A DNA stretch of 64,000 nucleotides from NCBI GenBank assembly GCA_965277805.1, contig OZ255842.1, positions 3,552,001-3,616,000 on the forward strand. Direction: 5' to 3'. Origin of the DNA: Candidatus Lustribacter sp. Lineage in GTDB: Bacteria; Vulcanimicrobiota; Vulcanimicrobiia; Vulcanimicrobiales; Vulcanimicrobiaceae. Of this stretch, positions 1 to 9,250 are shown one piece after another; position 1 is the stretch's first letter; each line of letters begins with the position of its first letter. The notes beneath the pieces were generated by a model. It had not been told where the DNA came from, made no database searches, and worked only from the letters and a program-made list of their open reading frames with translations. The translations under genes and the position numbers were made by a program.

Positions 1-99
1 GAGGTCTTTGAGCTCGGCGTTTGCGCGGCAGCCGGAGCGGCGACGCGCCAATATGAAGTGGCGCTCACGGCCCTCGACGCCGCGACCCAAGGCGCTTGA
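1..99 (+). CDS. 3' end of a hypothetical/AhpD-like partner protein (partial)
   Basis: Frame +1 reads EVFELGVCAAAGAATRQYEVALTALDAATQGA* with TGA at 97-99, immediately before the next ATG at 102. Confidence 0.55.
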   Translation, partial: EVFELGVCAAAGAATRQYEVALTALDAATQGA

Positions 100-101
100 C
101 C

Positions 102-683
102 ATGCGCTTGACGGTCCTCGAACGCGGCCACGCTTTCGGTACCAAGGCGTTCTTTGCGTTTATTCGCACGGTGTCGCGGCAACCGGTCCCCGACATCCTC
201 AAGCTGCTGGCGTATCGCCCCGAATTCTTCGGAAATAACATGAAAGCCATTACGCACGAGGCGATGCGCGGGCCGTCGGCGTGGTCAGTCGGCGACCGCG
301 AGCTGATGGCCGCGACGGTTTCTACCGTGAACGCCAGCGAATATTGCATCAAGGCCCACACCGCGACGTCGGCGCTGGCCTACCAGGATTCGGCGAAGAC
401 GCGCGCAGCACTCGAGGATATCGACAACGCAAACATCGGCGAACCGCTCCGCGCGACGCTGCGTCTGCTGCGTAAACTCACCCGAGACAACTCCGTAAGC
501 GCAGACGACGTGCGCGCGGCGCTGGCTGCCGGCGTCTCGCGCGCGCAGATCGAGGACGCGCTTGCCGTTGCCTTCGCATTCAACATCATCAATCGTTTGG
601 CCGACACGTTCGAATTCGATGTGCCGGGTGCCGAGACGTTTAAAGCCGGTGCGAAGTACCTGCTCGCGCGCGGTTACCGCTGA
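102..683 (+). CDS. AhpD/carboxymuconolactone decarboxylase family protein
   Basis: RELMAATVS..NASEYCIKAH motif and FNIINRLAD; ATG at 102. Confidence 0.8.
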   Translation: MRLTVLERGHAFGTKAFFAFIRTVSRQPVPDILKLLAYRPEFFGNNMKAITHEAMRGPSAWSVGDRELMAATVSTVNASEYCIKAHTATSALAYQDSAKTRAALEDIDNANIGEPLRATLRLLRKLTRDNSVSADDVRAALAAGVSRAQIEDALAVAFAFNIINRLADTFEFDVPGAETFKAGAKYLLARGYR

Positions 684-724
684 GTAACAAACGAAAGGCG
701 GCGGCCGGCGTCGAAGGCCTCCGG

Positions 725-1093
725 ATGCAATTCGTTCCGCACATCGACCCGGCGCTGCCGTTCTCCACCGCCGTCATCGTGGACGGCATCGCCTACATGT
801 CGGGCAACATCGGGATCTTGCCGGATGGCTCGGTACCGCCCGGACTCGAGCGGCAATCGCGGCTCGCGCTCGACAACATGATCGCAGCGCTGAAGCTCGC
901 CGGGTGCGCGCTCGAAGACGTCTTCAAGTGCACGGTGATGCTCGCCGACATGAACGACTGGCCCGCGTTCAACAAAATCTACCTCGAGTATTTTCCGGCG
1001 AGCCGTCTCCCGGCGCGCAGCGCGTTCGGAACGACCGGGCTTGCGCTCGGCGCCCTCGTCGAGATCGAGTGCCTGGCGAAAGTGCCGTCCTAG
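725..1093 (+). CDS. RidA (YjgF/YER057c/UK114) family protein
   Basis: LPFS..YMSG, FNKIYLEYF..LPARSAFG..LALGALVEIEC signature. Confidence 0.9.
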   Translation: MQFVPHIDPALPFSTAVIVDGIAYMSGNIGILPDGSVPPGLERQSRLALDNMIAALKLAGCALEDVFKCTVMLADMNDWPAFNKIYLEYFPASRLPARSAFGTTGLALGALVEIECLAKVPS

Positions 1094-1147
1094 ACGCAGC
1101 CGCGCCCGCCGGAGGCCGCCCGGCCAGTCCGTGCGAACGGGTTTGGG

Positions 1148-1912
1148 ATGCAGCTTGATAGCCGGTCCCTGTCAGAGCGCGCCGACGAGCTCGAAACCGC
1201 CATGGCGCTCGCGCTCGAGAACGTCACCCCGGTGAAGTCGGTCATCTACATGTCCGGCGAACGCGATCCGCGCGACGGTCCGCTGGTGAAGTCGCGCGAC
1301 CCCAAGTTTCAGGGCAAACTCAAGCTGATGGGACCGGATCCGCGCCTCGCGCCGATGCCGGCCAAACCGACGCTGATCGACTTCTTCAAGCTGCGCTTCG
1401 CGGGGATGCACATGCTGCAGTCGGCGCGGCTGGCGCGCGCGAACGGACTCGAAGACAAAGTCGTGCTCGCATGCCTGCTCCACGACATCGCGGTTGCCGG
1501 CTTCATTCAAGGCGACCACGGTTACTGGGGCGCGCAGATGATCGAGCCGTATGTCGATGAAGAGATCACCTGGGCCGTGCGCGCGCACCAAGCGTTGCGT
1601 TTCTATCCCGATCCCGACGTCGGCTACGAGTATCCGGAAGTGTACATCACGAACTTCGGCGCCGACTACAAACCCGACCCGCACATCCAGCGCGAGTACG
1701 AACGCGCGCGCAAACACAAGTGGTATATGACCTCGCGCATGATCACGGTTTGGGACATCTATTCGTTCGACAAAGACGTCACGGTCGACATCGACGATTT
1801 CACCGACCTCATCGCGGAACATTTCCGGACGCCCGAAGAGGGCTTGGGCTTCGACGATTCGCCGAGCGCGCACATGTGGCGCACGATGAACATGCCCACG
1901 CGGATGCTCTAA
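1148..1912 (+). CDS. HD-domain metalloprotein (PhnZ/MIOX-like)
   Basis: HMLQSA, LACLLHDI, DHG, AHQ and WD metal-ligand pattern. Confidence 0.7.
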   Translation: MQLDSRSLSERADELETAMALALENVTPVKSVIYMSGERDPRDGPLVKSRDPKFQGKLKLMGPDPRLAPMPAKPTLIDFFKLRFAGMHMLQSARLARANGLEDKVVLACLLHDIAVAGFIQGDHGYWGAQMIEPYVDEEITWAVRAHQALRFYPDPDVGYEYPEVYITNFGADYKPDPHIQREYERARKHKWYMTSRMITVWDIYSFDKDVTVDIDDFTDLIAEHFRTPEEGLGFDDSPSAHMWRTMNMPTRML

Positions 1913-1916
1913 CTCG

Positions 1917-2612
1917 ATGTCGCAGACGATCCGCATCCAAGCCGATGACGGCGGTTCGTTCGACGCCTACCTTGCGTTGCCGCAAGAACGGCCGGCGCCT
2001 GCGCTGATCGTGGTCTCGTCGATCTACGGCGTCAACCGCGGCCTCAAGCAAACGATCGAGCGCTACGCTCGACGCGGGTACATCGTCGTTGCGCCGGATA
2101 TCTTCTGGCGCACGCACCCCGGACCGATCGAGAGCAACGAGCGGGCCGAAGCGATGGCACGCCTCAACGCCTATCAGATCGGCCCGGGCATGGATGATCT
2201 ACGCGCGACGCGCGACGCGCTCCAGCAGCTTCCGGAATGGAACGGCAAGTTCGCCGTTGTCGGCTTCTGCTTCGGCGGCCAGCATGCGTTCCTCGGGCTC
2301 ACCCGGCTCGGCGCCGACGCCGGCGTGTCGTACCACGGCACGAGCATCGAGAACTATCTCGACGAAGCGCCGCGCGTGACGAAGCCGTTCAGCTTTCACT
2401 TCGGCAGCGAAGACGATCTCGTTCCGCCCGCGGCGCTCGAAGCGATCCGGACCGCCTTAGCCGGCAAGACGGGCGATATCGTGGTGCACGACGGTGCCGG
2501 TCACGGTTTCGCGCGCGAAGATTCCGCCGGGTACGTCGAGGCCGTCGCGCACGCGTCGGAAGAACAGGCGTTCATCATGCTCGACGAGCTGAAAACCGTC
2601 GCGGTCGTCTAA
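1917..2612 (+). CDS. Dienelactone hydrolase family protein
   Basis: GFCFGG nucleophile motif, GSEDDLVP, AGHGF. Confidence 0.9.
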   Translation: MSQTIRIQADDGGSFDAYLALPQERPAPALIVVSSIYGVNRGLKQTIERYARRGYIVVAPDIFWRTHPGPIESNERAEAMARLNAYQIGPGMDDLRATRDALQQLPEWNGKFAVVGFCFGGQHAFLGLTRLGADAGVSYHGTSIENYLDEAPRVTKPFSFHFGSEDDLVPPAALEAIRTALAGKTGDIVVHDGAGHGFAREDSAGYVEAVAHASEEQAFIMLDELKTVAVV

Positions 2613-3559
2613 GTCCAGAACAGGTCTTTCGCGCTGACCGGCTTGTCGAGGAGTTTGTAGGCAAACGCCTTGTCGAGCAGCGGCTGCGCGTAGCGCGCTT
2701 CGAGCGCGGTTCCAAACGGAATGCGCGTCTGGCTGAGCAACGAGCTCAGATCGCGCTTCGACATCTTCGCAAAAAGCGCGGCCGCATCGGCCTTGTGCGT
2801 GTTGGCCCACGTCGCGGTCTGATATAACGTTGCAACGAGCTTGCGCGCGAGCGGGCCGTGCGTCGCGAGATACGATCGGCGCGCGACCCACACGCCCGTA
2901 TAGAACGCCGGCGCGATCGCCGCATACGGGTAGCCGATCGCGCGCGTGTCGGCCGCGTACTGACTCGTGAACGGCTCACCGAGCAAACCGGCCGCAACGG
3001 TCCCGCGCGCGAGCGCCGGCCCGACTTGCGCGAACGGGATCTCGAAAATCTTCACCCGGCTCGGATCGGCCCCGCCGGCCTTCAGCCATTCCGAGACGGC
3101 GATGCCCTCGGTGCCTTGCAGGTTGGTGACGCTGACGGTCTTGTCTTCCAGGTCTTTTGCGTTCTGGATCGCGCTGCTCTTGGCGACGCACAGCGGAATC
3201 GTCGTTTGATCCGAGGTGAACATCCCGCCCGCGGCGATCATCGTGACGTCGACGCCGCGGTTGAACGCACTGGCCAACTGAATCAGATTGGCCGTGCCGA
3301 TGTCGAGCGCGTTGCCGACAACCGCTTGCAGCGTGATCGACGCGTTCGGGAAGATTTGGATGTTCGGGTTCAACCCGGCGCGCTTGAAATAGCCGAGGCT
3401 GTCGGCGTAGTACGGCTCCATGTACGGCTCGGCCAGCACCACGCCGATGCTGATGTCGGCCGGCGGCGTCTGCGCACGTGCCGCGGCGGGGAACCCGAGC
3501 GCGGAGGCAGCGCCGATGGCAGCGAGCGCCGCAGATCGTGACATTCCATGGGAGGCCAT
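2609..3559 (-). CDS. ABC transporter substrate-binding protein (NitT/TauT/SsuA-like)
   Basis: Signal peptide MASHGMSRSAALAA..ARA, GYFKRAGLN, AKDLEDKTV. The longer track ORF (to 4045) overlaps the GGDEF gene; start is 3559 or 3544. Confidence 0.8.
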   Translation of the reverse strand: MASHGMSRSAALAAIGAASALGFPAAARAQTPPADISIGVVLAEPYMEPYYADSLGYFKRAGLNPNIQIFPNASITLQAVVGNALDIGTANLIQLASAFNRGVDVTMIAAGGMFTSDQTTIPLCVAKSSAIQNAKDLEDKTVSVTNLQGTEGIAVSEWLKAGGADPSRVKIFEIPFAQVGPALARGTVAAGLLGEPFTSQYAADTRAIGYPYAAIAPAFYTGVWVARRSYLATHGPLARKLVATLYQTATWANTHKADAAALFAKMSKRDLSSLLSQTRIPFGTALEARYAQPLLDKAFAYKLLDKPVSAKDLFWT

Positions 3560-3634
3560 GCCGCCACATGTGTCGCTCGCCGCATCCTCTCCTGTGTTGA
3601 AAGAACGGCCGAAATTGGGCAAGAAAGCCCGGCG

Positions 3635-4675
3635 ATGCTCAAGCCGCCCATCCCGCCCGACGAAACCGCCCGGCTCGCGACACTGAAGAACTTGGGCATC
3701 TTGTACACTCCGGCCGAGGAGCGCTATGACCGCATCACGCGCCTCGCGTCGCGGCTGCTCGGCACCCCGATCGCGCTCGTATCGCTGGTCGCGGAGCGCA
3801 CCAAGTGGTTCAAGTCGGCGCAGGGGCTCGACGCCGCCGAAACCTCGCGCGAGGTCTCGTTCTGCGGTCATGCGATTCTCGGCAGCGATACGCTCGTGGT
3901 CAACGACGCCACGCACGACGAGCGTTTTGCCGACAACCCGCTCGTCACCGGATCCCCCGACATCCGCTTCTACGCCGGCCATCCGATCCACGCCGCCGAC
4001 GGCATGCCGATCGGCACGCTGTGCGTCATCGACCGTAAGCCGCATGAGTTCGAAGAGTCCGATCGCGCCACGTTGCGCGACCTCGCGGCCCTGGTCGAAG
4101 CCGAATTGCAGCGCGAAGAACTGACCGATTCACAGCGCAAGTGGCTGGTCGAACGCGACGAGTTGCTGGAGAAATCGTCGGTGGATAGTTTGACGCATGC
4201 CTGGAACCGCGGCGCGATCATGGAACTGCTGGCCGGCGAAGTGACCCGCGCCGAGCGCGGCACGCCGCTGAGCGTCGCCATGGTCGACATCGATCACTTC
4301 AAGAACGTCAACGACACGTACGGTCATCAAACGGGCGACGCTGTCCTGACCGAGGTCGCGTCCCGGCTCGCGAGCGCCGTTCGCGACTTCGATCGCATCG
4401 GCCGTTACGGCGGCGAAGAATTTCTCGTCGTGCTCAGCAATTGCGGCGACGGCGAAGCCGATACGGTCTGCGAACGCATGCGGGCGAAGATCGCCGGCGA
4501 GCCGATCCAGGCTCGCGACGGCACGGCCGTTGCGGTGACGGCCAGCATCGGCGTCACCACGTTCCGCAGCGGCATCGCGAGCGGCGACGAACTGATCGCG
4601 GCTGCCGATCAAGCCCTGTATGCAGCGAAGGATTCCGGCCGCAACCGCGTCGTGCGCGGGCCGGCTCGACCTTAG
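3635..4675 (+). CDS. GAF-sensor diguanylate cyclase
   Basis: GAF (E..RLATL..ILYT, SFCGHAI, IRFYAG) plus GGDEF domain (DIDHFK.VND.YGH, RDFD I-site, RYGGEEF). Confidence 0.93.
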   Translation: MLKPPIPPDETARLATLKNLGILYTPAEERYDRITRLASRLLGTPIALVSLVAERTKWFKSAQGLDAAETSREVSFCGHAILGSDTLVVNDATHDERFADNPLVTGSPDIRFYAGHPIHAADGMPIGTLCVIDRKPHEFEESDRATLRDLAALVEAELQREELTDSQRKWLVERDELLEKSSVDSLTHAWNRGAIMELLAGEVTRAERGTPLSVAMVDIDHFKNVNDTYGHQTGDAVLTEVASRLASAVRDFDRIGRYGGEEFLVVLSNCGDGEADTVCERMRAKIAGEPIQARDGTAVAVTASIGVTTFRSGIASGDELIAAADQALYAAKDSGRNRVVRGPARP

Positions 4676-4796
4676 CCGCCCGAGCCGGCGCGCTCTCGCC
4701 GCATGAGTTGCGTGACGAGCTGCCGTGCTTTGATTTCCTCATCGTTATACTGCATCATCTGTAGTGATGATGTCGGTCACTTCAGTGTTCATGTTA

Positions 4797-4988
4797 TTAT
4801 TTCTTCCACTTACTGCTGAGTCGTGACATTATTTGAGGCCATTTAACCCATGCTATTCCTGCTAAGAAAGCGAGCGCGGTTGGCCATATATACTTTTTGA
4901 GTTTTGCTTTCTTTGCGAAAAAGGCTCTAACTTCAGGGCCAAAGTTATCATACATGTTCGATTTGTACCCTAGAGGGATTGATGGCAA
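4797..4988 (-). CDS. Small hypothetical membrane protein or gene remnant in the AT-rich insert
   Basis: 63-aa ORF with one hydrophobic segment (IWPTALAFLAGIAWV); start uncertain. Confidence 0.3.
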   Translation of the reverse strand: MPSIPLGYKSNMYDNFGPEVRAFFAKKAKLKKYIWPTALAFLAGIAWVKWPQIMSRLSSKWKK

Positions 4989-5007
4989 CCTTTCTTGATA
5001 ACTGGTA

Positions 5008-5730
5008 ATGCGCCGTGAAGATTGGATGCCCGCGTTACCAGGCTTTGGTTATCTAACATTTGTCTTTGTCGTCGTCATCTGCGCCGTCTTTGGTCCACAT
5101 TGGTTAGCACAGTTGAACTTTCCTGAGCGCATTGACTTTTGGGTCAATCTAGGCGTTTCAATCGGTACACTCGCACTAGCTGGCGTTACGGCGTGGAACG
5201 TGCTGCAAACACGCGATGTGATTTCCAGCGAAGAACGTCGTCACCAGCGTGAGTATGCACCGTTGCTTGAAATGGGTATGAGGGTATCTACTGGGCGAGA
5301 CGAGATGTGGCACAACTACATGATTCGAAACATCGGACGGGGGATTGCACTCAACGTTCAAATCTTCATAGTCGCCTCCAGTAAAATCGGGCGTTACGTT
5401 TATGACCCTGAAGGCGAGATTGATTATGAAGAAAATCCGTTCGCTTATTCTGACCCGACGATTATTCCGCAAAAATACGTTTACGATTGGATTGAGCCAA
5501 AAATTGAACAATTCATATCTGCCATTGCTGCGGGTGTTGAGGATAGACCAATAGATAAACTTTTCTATGAAAAGGTCGATGTGTTATCGCGTGAATATCC
5601 AATATGCAAAGCAGTCTATTACGACATGTTTGGCAACAAATATGAAACTATCTACGACAAATCCATGGACCGCTACCACTGGGAACAGCCGAAAGTGCTC
5701 AAATTTCGCAATTCACTGAAAGACGATTAG
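5008..5730 (+). CDS. Hypothetical membrane-anchored protein (AT-rich, foreign)
   Basis: 240-aa ORF with two N-terminal TM segments, then EERRHQREYAPLL and IRNIGRGIALNV; codon usage unlike the flanks. Confidence 0.65.
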   Translation: MRREDWMPALPGFGYLTFVFVVVICAVFGPHWLAQLNFPERIDFWVNLGVSIGTLALAGVTAWNVLQTRDVISSEERRHQREYAPLLEMGMRVSTGRDEMWHNYMIRNIGRGIALNVQIFIVASSKIGRYVYDPEGEIDYEENPFAYSDPTIIPQKYVYDWIEPKIEQFISAIAAGVEDRPIDKLFYEKVDVLSREYPICKAVYYDMFGNKYETIYDKSMDRYHWEQPKVLKFRNSLKDD

Positions 5731-6263
5731 TACGGCGTTGGACTTGGAAGGGGATAAGTGGATGGGCAGAACTGCAGGTTCTCGTGAATGAGTTCCGACC
5801 GGCAGCGAAAGCGGATCGTGCCGCCGATCGACATGTGAAACTGCGCATTGACGAGGCCCAACTCGCTGACGTCGGGCAATAGCGCGTCATCGGCCGCAGC
5901 GTCTTCGCCCATCCAAATCCACACGGCGCCGCCACGCTCGCGCGTCGGATAACGCCGCACCGCATATGCCGGCGGAACGCGCGCTTGCGACGGGATCGCA
6001 ACGCACCGGCCGTCCGAATCGTACGTGAAGCCATGATAACCGCAGACAATCCGCTCTCCGTCTACCGCACCGAGCGAGAGCGGATAGCCGCGATGGATGC
6101 AGCGGTCGGCCAACGCCACGACTTCGCCACTGCCGGTGCGGTAAAGCACGACCGGTTCGTCAAGAAAACGATTCGCCGACGGCGTCCCCCCAACGCCGGA
6201 TGACCAGGCCGCGACGTACCACGCATTGCGGACGAAATCGACGTGATCCTTGAACGGATACAT
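5727..6263 (-). pseudogene. Truncated Rieske non-heme iron oxygenase alpha subunit (VanA-like)
   Basis: RNAWYVAAWS, CIHR and CGYHG Rieske ligands. Homology stops at LIHENL, before the D-x2-H-x4-H iron motif, and runs into AT-rich DNA. Confidence 0.8.
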
Positions 6264-6265
6264 CG

Positions 6266-7228
6266 TTAGCCGCTCGCGGCCCGGACGACGTTTGAGAGTG
6301 TGCCTACGCCTTCGACCGTGATGTCCACGACGTCGCCGGGTCGCAAGAAGACTTGCGGCGTGCGGCCGAAGCCGGTGCCGGCCGGCGAGCCGGTCGTCAA
6401 CACGTCGCCCGGCTCGAAGGGATACCAGCGCGAAAAAAACGCGATCAGCGCCGGGACGGTGAAGATCAAATCGGAGGTGTGCGCCGATTGCATCAGCTGC
6501 CCGTTCAGCGTCGACGAAACCGAGATGTTGTGCGGATCGGGGATCTCGTCTTTGGTGGCGATGACGGGGCCCATCGGGCAAAACGTGGGCAACTGCTTGC
6601 CCATGCGGTTCATGTCGCGATCGCCCGGCCATTCGGACTTGCGCGATACCAGCACCCAATCGCGCGCCGACACGTCGTTGACAATCGTGTAGCCCATGAT
6701 GTAATCCATCGCTTCGGCCTCGGTGACGTTGCAGCACGGCTTGCCGAACACGACCGAGAACTCCGCTTCGAAGTCGACCATGTCGGGACACTGCGGCGGC
6801 AAGATGATGGGGTCGTCCGTGCCGATGATCGAGCCCGTGTTCTTGATGAAGGCCACCGGCGTATCGCCGGTCGGGGCAACTTCTCCGCGCCGCATCTCGC
6901 CGCGATGGCTTGCGTATGCGCGTCCGTGCGAGAGGACCATGTTCGGCCGCGGGATGGGCGCAAGCAACCGGACAGCGGAACGCGGCCGCAACGCTTGCGA
7001 CGCGCGCAGGGCCGCGAGTTCGGATTCGCTTGCATCGCGCACGCGGTCCACGATGCTGCGCACGAGCTCGAGCGCCGGCTCGCCCGCGACGAGCAGTTCG
7101 CGCATATCGGTAGGCACCCAGTCCGCCATCGGAATACGCGCGCCGGCAGCCGCAAACTCAAGAACCTCATCTCCGATGAGCGCGCCCGTTTTTCCGGACG
7201 GCGGCGCGTATATGCTGACGAGCTTCAT
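6266..7228 (-). CDS. Fumarylacetoacetate hydrolase family protein
   Basis: VDFEAE, GYTIVNDVSARD, GKQLPTFCPMGP, PGDVLTTGSPAG. Confidence 0.92.
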   Translation of the reverse strand: MKLVSIYAPPSGKTGALIGDEVLEFAAAGARIPMADWVPTDMRELLVAGEPALELVRSIVDRVRDASESELAALRASQALRPRSAVRLLAPIPRPNMVLSHGRAYASHRGEMRRGEVAPTGDTPVAFIKNTGSIIGTDDPIILPPQCPDMVDFEAEFSVVFGKPCCNVTEAEAMDYIMGYTIVNDVSARDWVLVSRKSEWPGDRDMNRMGKQLPTFCPMGPVIATKDEIPDPHNISVSSTLNGQLMQSAHTSDLIFTVPALIAFFSRWYPFEPGDVLTTGSPAGTGFGRTPQVFLRPGDVVDITVEGVGTLSNVVRAASG

Positions 7229-7328
7229 ATCCGCGGCCGGTTTTCTGCGCAATGGTTTTCCGCCTCCAATGAAGCCCGCCGGAAGCGGATGCCAGGAAAG
7301 GGCGGCTTTCCCGACGAGTCAAGCCAAC

Positions 7329-8258
7329 ATGCGTAACGCCTTTATTGCGATTCTCAGCCTCATGTTGCTCGCGGGTAACGTTGCGCCGGCCCGGGCGCAG
7401 ATCGCCAAGGTTAGCATTCTGCTGCCGCCGGTCGACTCGGCGGGGGAGATCTACTTTGCTCAAGACCTCGGCTTCTTTGCGAAGGAAGGCCTCGACGTCG
7501 AGATGGAGCCCGGCTCGAACGGTAGCGCAATCGCTGCGGCCGTCTCGAGCGACGCGGTCGACATCGGCTACTCCGACCTCGTGACGCTTGCCAAAGGGTA
7601 TCTTAAGGGCATTCCGTTCGTCGCTATCGCGCCGGCGGCGATCTGGACATCGGCGGCACCTACGGCCGCGATCGTCGTTCCGATGAACTCGCCGGTAAAG
7701 AGCGCGAAAGACCTCGCCGGTAAAGTCATCGCGATTCCGGGCTTGGCAACGCTCGCCGAATACAGCCCGCGCGCGTGGATCGATCAGAACGGCGGCGACT
7801 CGACGACGGCCAAATTCACCGAGTTGAATTACTCGGCGATGCCCGCAGCGCTCGATGCGGGCCGCATCGATGCCGCCTATATTTCGGAACCGTACCTCGC
7901 GGTCGTCAAGAAGACGACGCGCATTATCGGCTACTCACACAACGCCGTTGCGAAACAGTTTCTACAGAGCGCTTGGTTTACCACGCCGCAGTGGGCGAAG
8001 GATCATGCCGACATCGTACGCCGCTTTGCAGCCGCGATGCGCGAGACGGCGATTTGGGCCAACCAAAAATCGAATCAAGAGAAAAGCGCTGAGATCCTCT
8101 CCAAATATACGAAGGTCGACTTAGGCACGATTCAAGCGATGGAGCGTGTGCGCTTCGGAGAAACGCTGTCGGCGGCGCTGATCCAACCGGCCATCGACGT
8201 TACCGGGAAATATGGAAACTTCCAGCCGTTTCCGGCCGACCGTCTCATCTTCCACTAG
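7329..8258 (+). CDS. ABC transporter substrate-binding protein (NitT/TauT-like)
   Basis: Signal peptide MRNAFIAILSLML..ARA, GFFAKEGLDV, AKDLAGKVIA. Confidence 0.85.
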   Translation: MRNAFIAILSLMLLAGNVAPARAQIAKVSILLPPVDSAGEIYFAQDLGFFAKEGLDVEMEPGSNGSAIAAAVSSDAVDIGYSDLVTLAKGYLKGIPFVAIAPAAIWTSAAPTAAIVVPMNSPVKSAKDLAGKVIAIPGLATLAEYSPRAWIDQNGGDSTTAKFTELNYSAMPAALDAGRIDAAYISEPYLAVVKKTTRIIGYSHNAVAKQFLQSAWFTTPQWAKDHADIVRRFAAAMRETAIWANQKSNQEKSAEILSKYTKVDLGTIQAMERVRFGETLSAALIQPAIDVTGKYGNFQPFPADRLIFH

Positions 8259-8281
8259 ATCACGCTGCGAGGGAGTTTCGC

Positions 8282-9247
8282 ATGAAGCATGTATCTCGTC
8301 GCGCCTTTACCGGCGCGCTCATCGGCACCGGCGCCGCGCTCGCGCTGCCGAAGCGAGCCGCCGCGCAAACGCTGGTGCCGGTGAAGGGCGCGATCACGTC
8401 GGTCTACTACGATGCGACTCCAATTCTTTGGGCGCAGAAAACCGGCATGTTCTCGAAAGCCGGGATCGATCTCGATCTCGGCCGCCTGCCTACCGGTGCT
8501 GCGGTGACCGCCGCGGTTGCCGGCGGCAGCCTCAACATCGGCAAGTCGACGTTCTTTGCGGTCGTCGCCGCGTTTGCGCACGGCGTGCCGATCGTCGTGA
8601 TTGCTCCGGGCGTCGTGTACGACAGCAAGTTCCCCAACGGCGCGCTCATCGTGCCCAAGGACTCACCGATCCAGAAGGCGGCCGACCTCACGGGCAAAGT
8701 CATCTCCGTCAACAACCTGAGCGAACCGACGCGCCCGGCAACCGAACTCTGGCTGCAAAAGAACAACGTCGCCAAAGATGTGGTGAAGTTCGTCGAGGTG
8801 CCGATGTCCGCGATGTCGGCGGCGCTCGACGCTAAACGGGTCGACATCGCGTTTCTCACCGTGCCGGTGATGGATGAAGTGCTGGCCACCGGCAAGTACC
8901 GGATTCTCGATCCCGTCTTGAACGAGATCGCGCCGCGCTGGTGGTTCTCCGCGATCATCGCTTCAAAAGATTGGGCCGTTGCGAACCGCGATGCGGTCAA
9001 GAAAGTCGCGAGCGTCATCGAGGCATCGGCCGCGTACACCAACGCGCATCACGGCGAACTCTCGGCGCAGATCGCCGAAATGGTGGGCGCAACGCCATCG
9101 TCCATCGCGAACATGACGTGGCCGCAAGGCGGCACCGCGATCAACCCCGCGGAGATGCAGCCGGTCATCGATCTCTCGGTCAGGGCGGGCTTTATTCCCA
9201 AGGGCTTCGATGCGCGCGACATGATCTTCGATCCGAGCAAAGGCTGA
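8282..9247 (+). CDS. ABC transporter substrate-binding protein (NitT/TauT-like) with Tat signal
   Basis: SRRAF twin-arginine signal, GMFSKAGID, AADLTGKVIS; RBS GAGGGAG. Confidence 0.85.
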   Translation: MKHVSRRAFTGALIGTGAALALPKRAAAQTLVPVKGAITSVYYDATPILWAQKTGMFSKAGIDLDLGRLPTGAAVTAAVAGGSLNIGKSTFFAVVAAFAHGVPIVVIAPGVVYDSKFPNGALIVPKDSPIQKAADLTGKVISVNNLSEPTRPATELWLQKNNVAKDVVKFVEVPMSAMSAALDAKRVDIAFLTVPVMDEVLATGKYRILDPVLNEIAPRWWFSAIIASKDWAVANRDAVKKVASVIEASAAYTNAHHGELSAQIAEMVGATPSSIANMTWPQGGTAINPAEMQPVIDLSVRAGFIPKGFDARDMIFDPSKG

Positions 9248-9250
9248 CCG

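Noticed and set aside
4672-4793. Tiny minus-strand ORFs (MMQYNDEEIKARQ..., MNTEVTDII...) at the insert edge
   Set aside because: Under 30 codons, no RBS or homology evidence.
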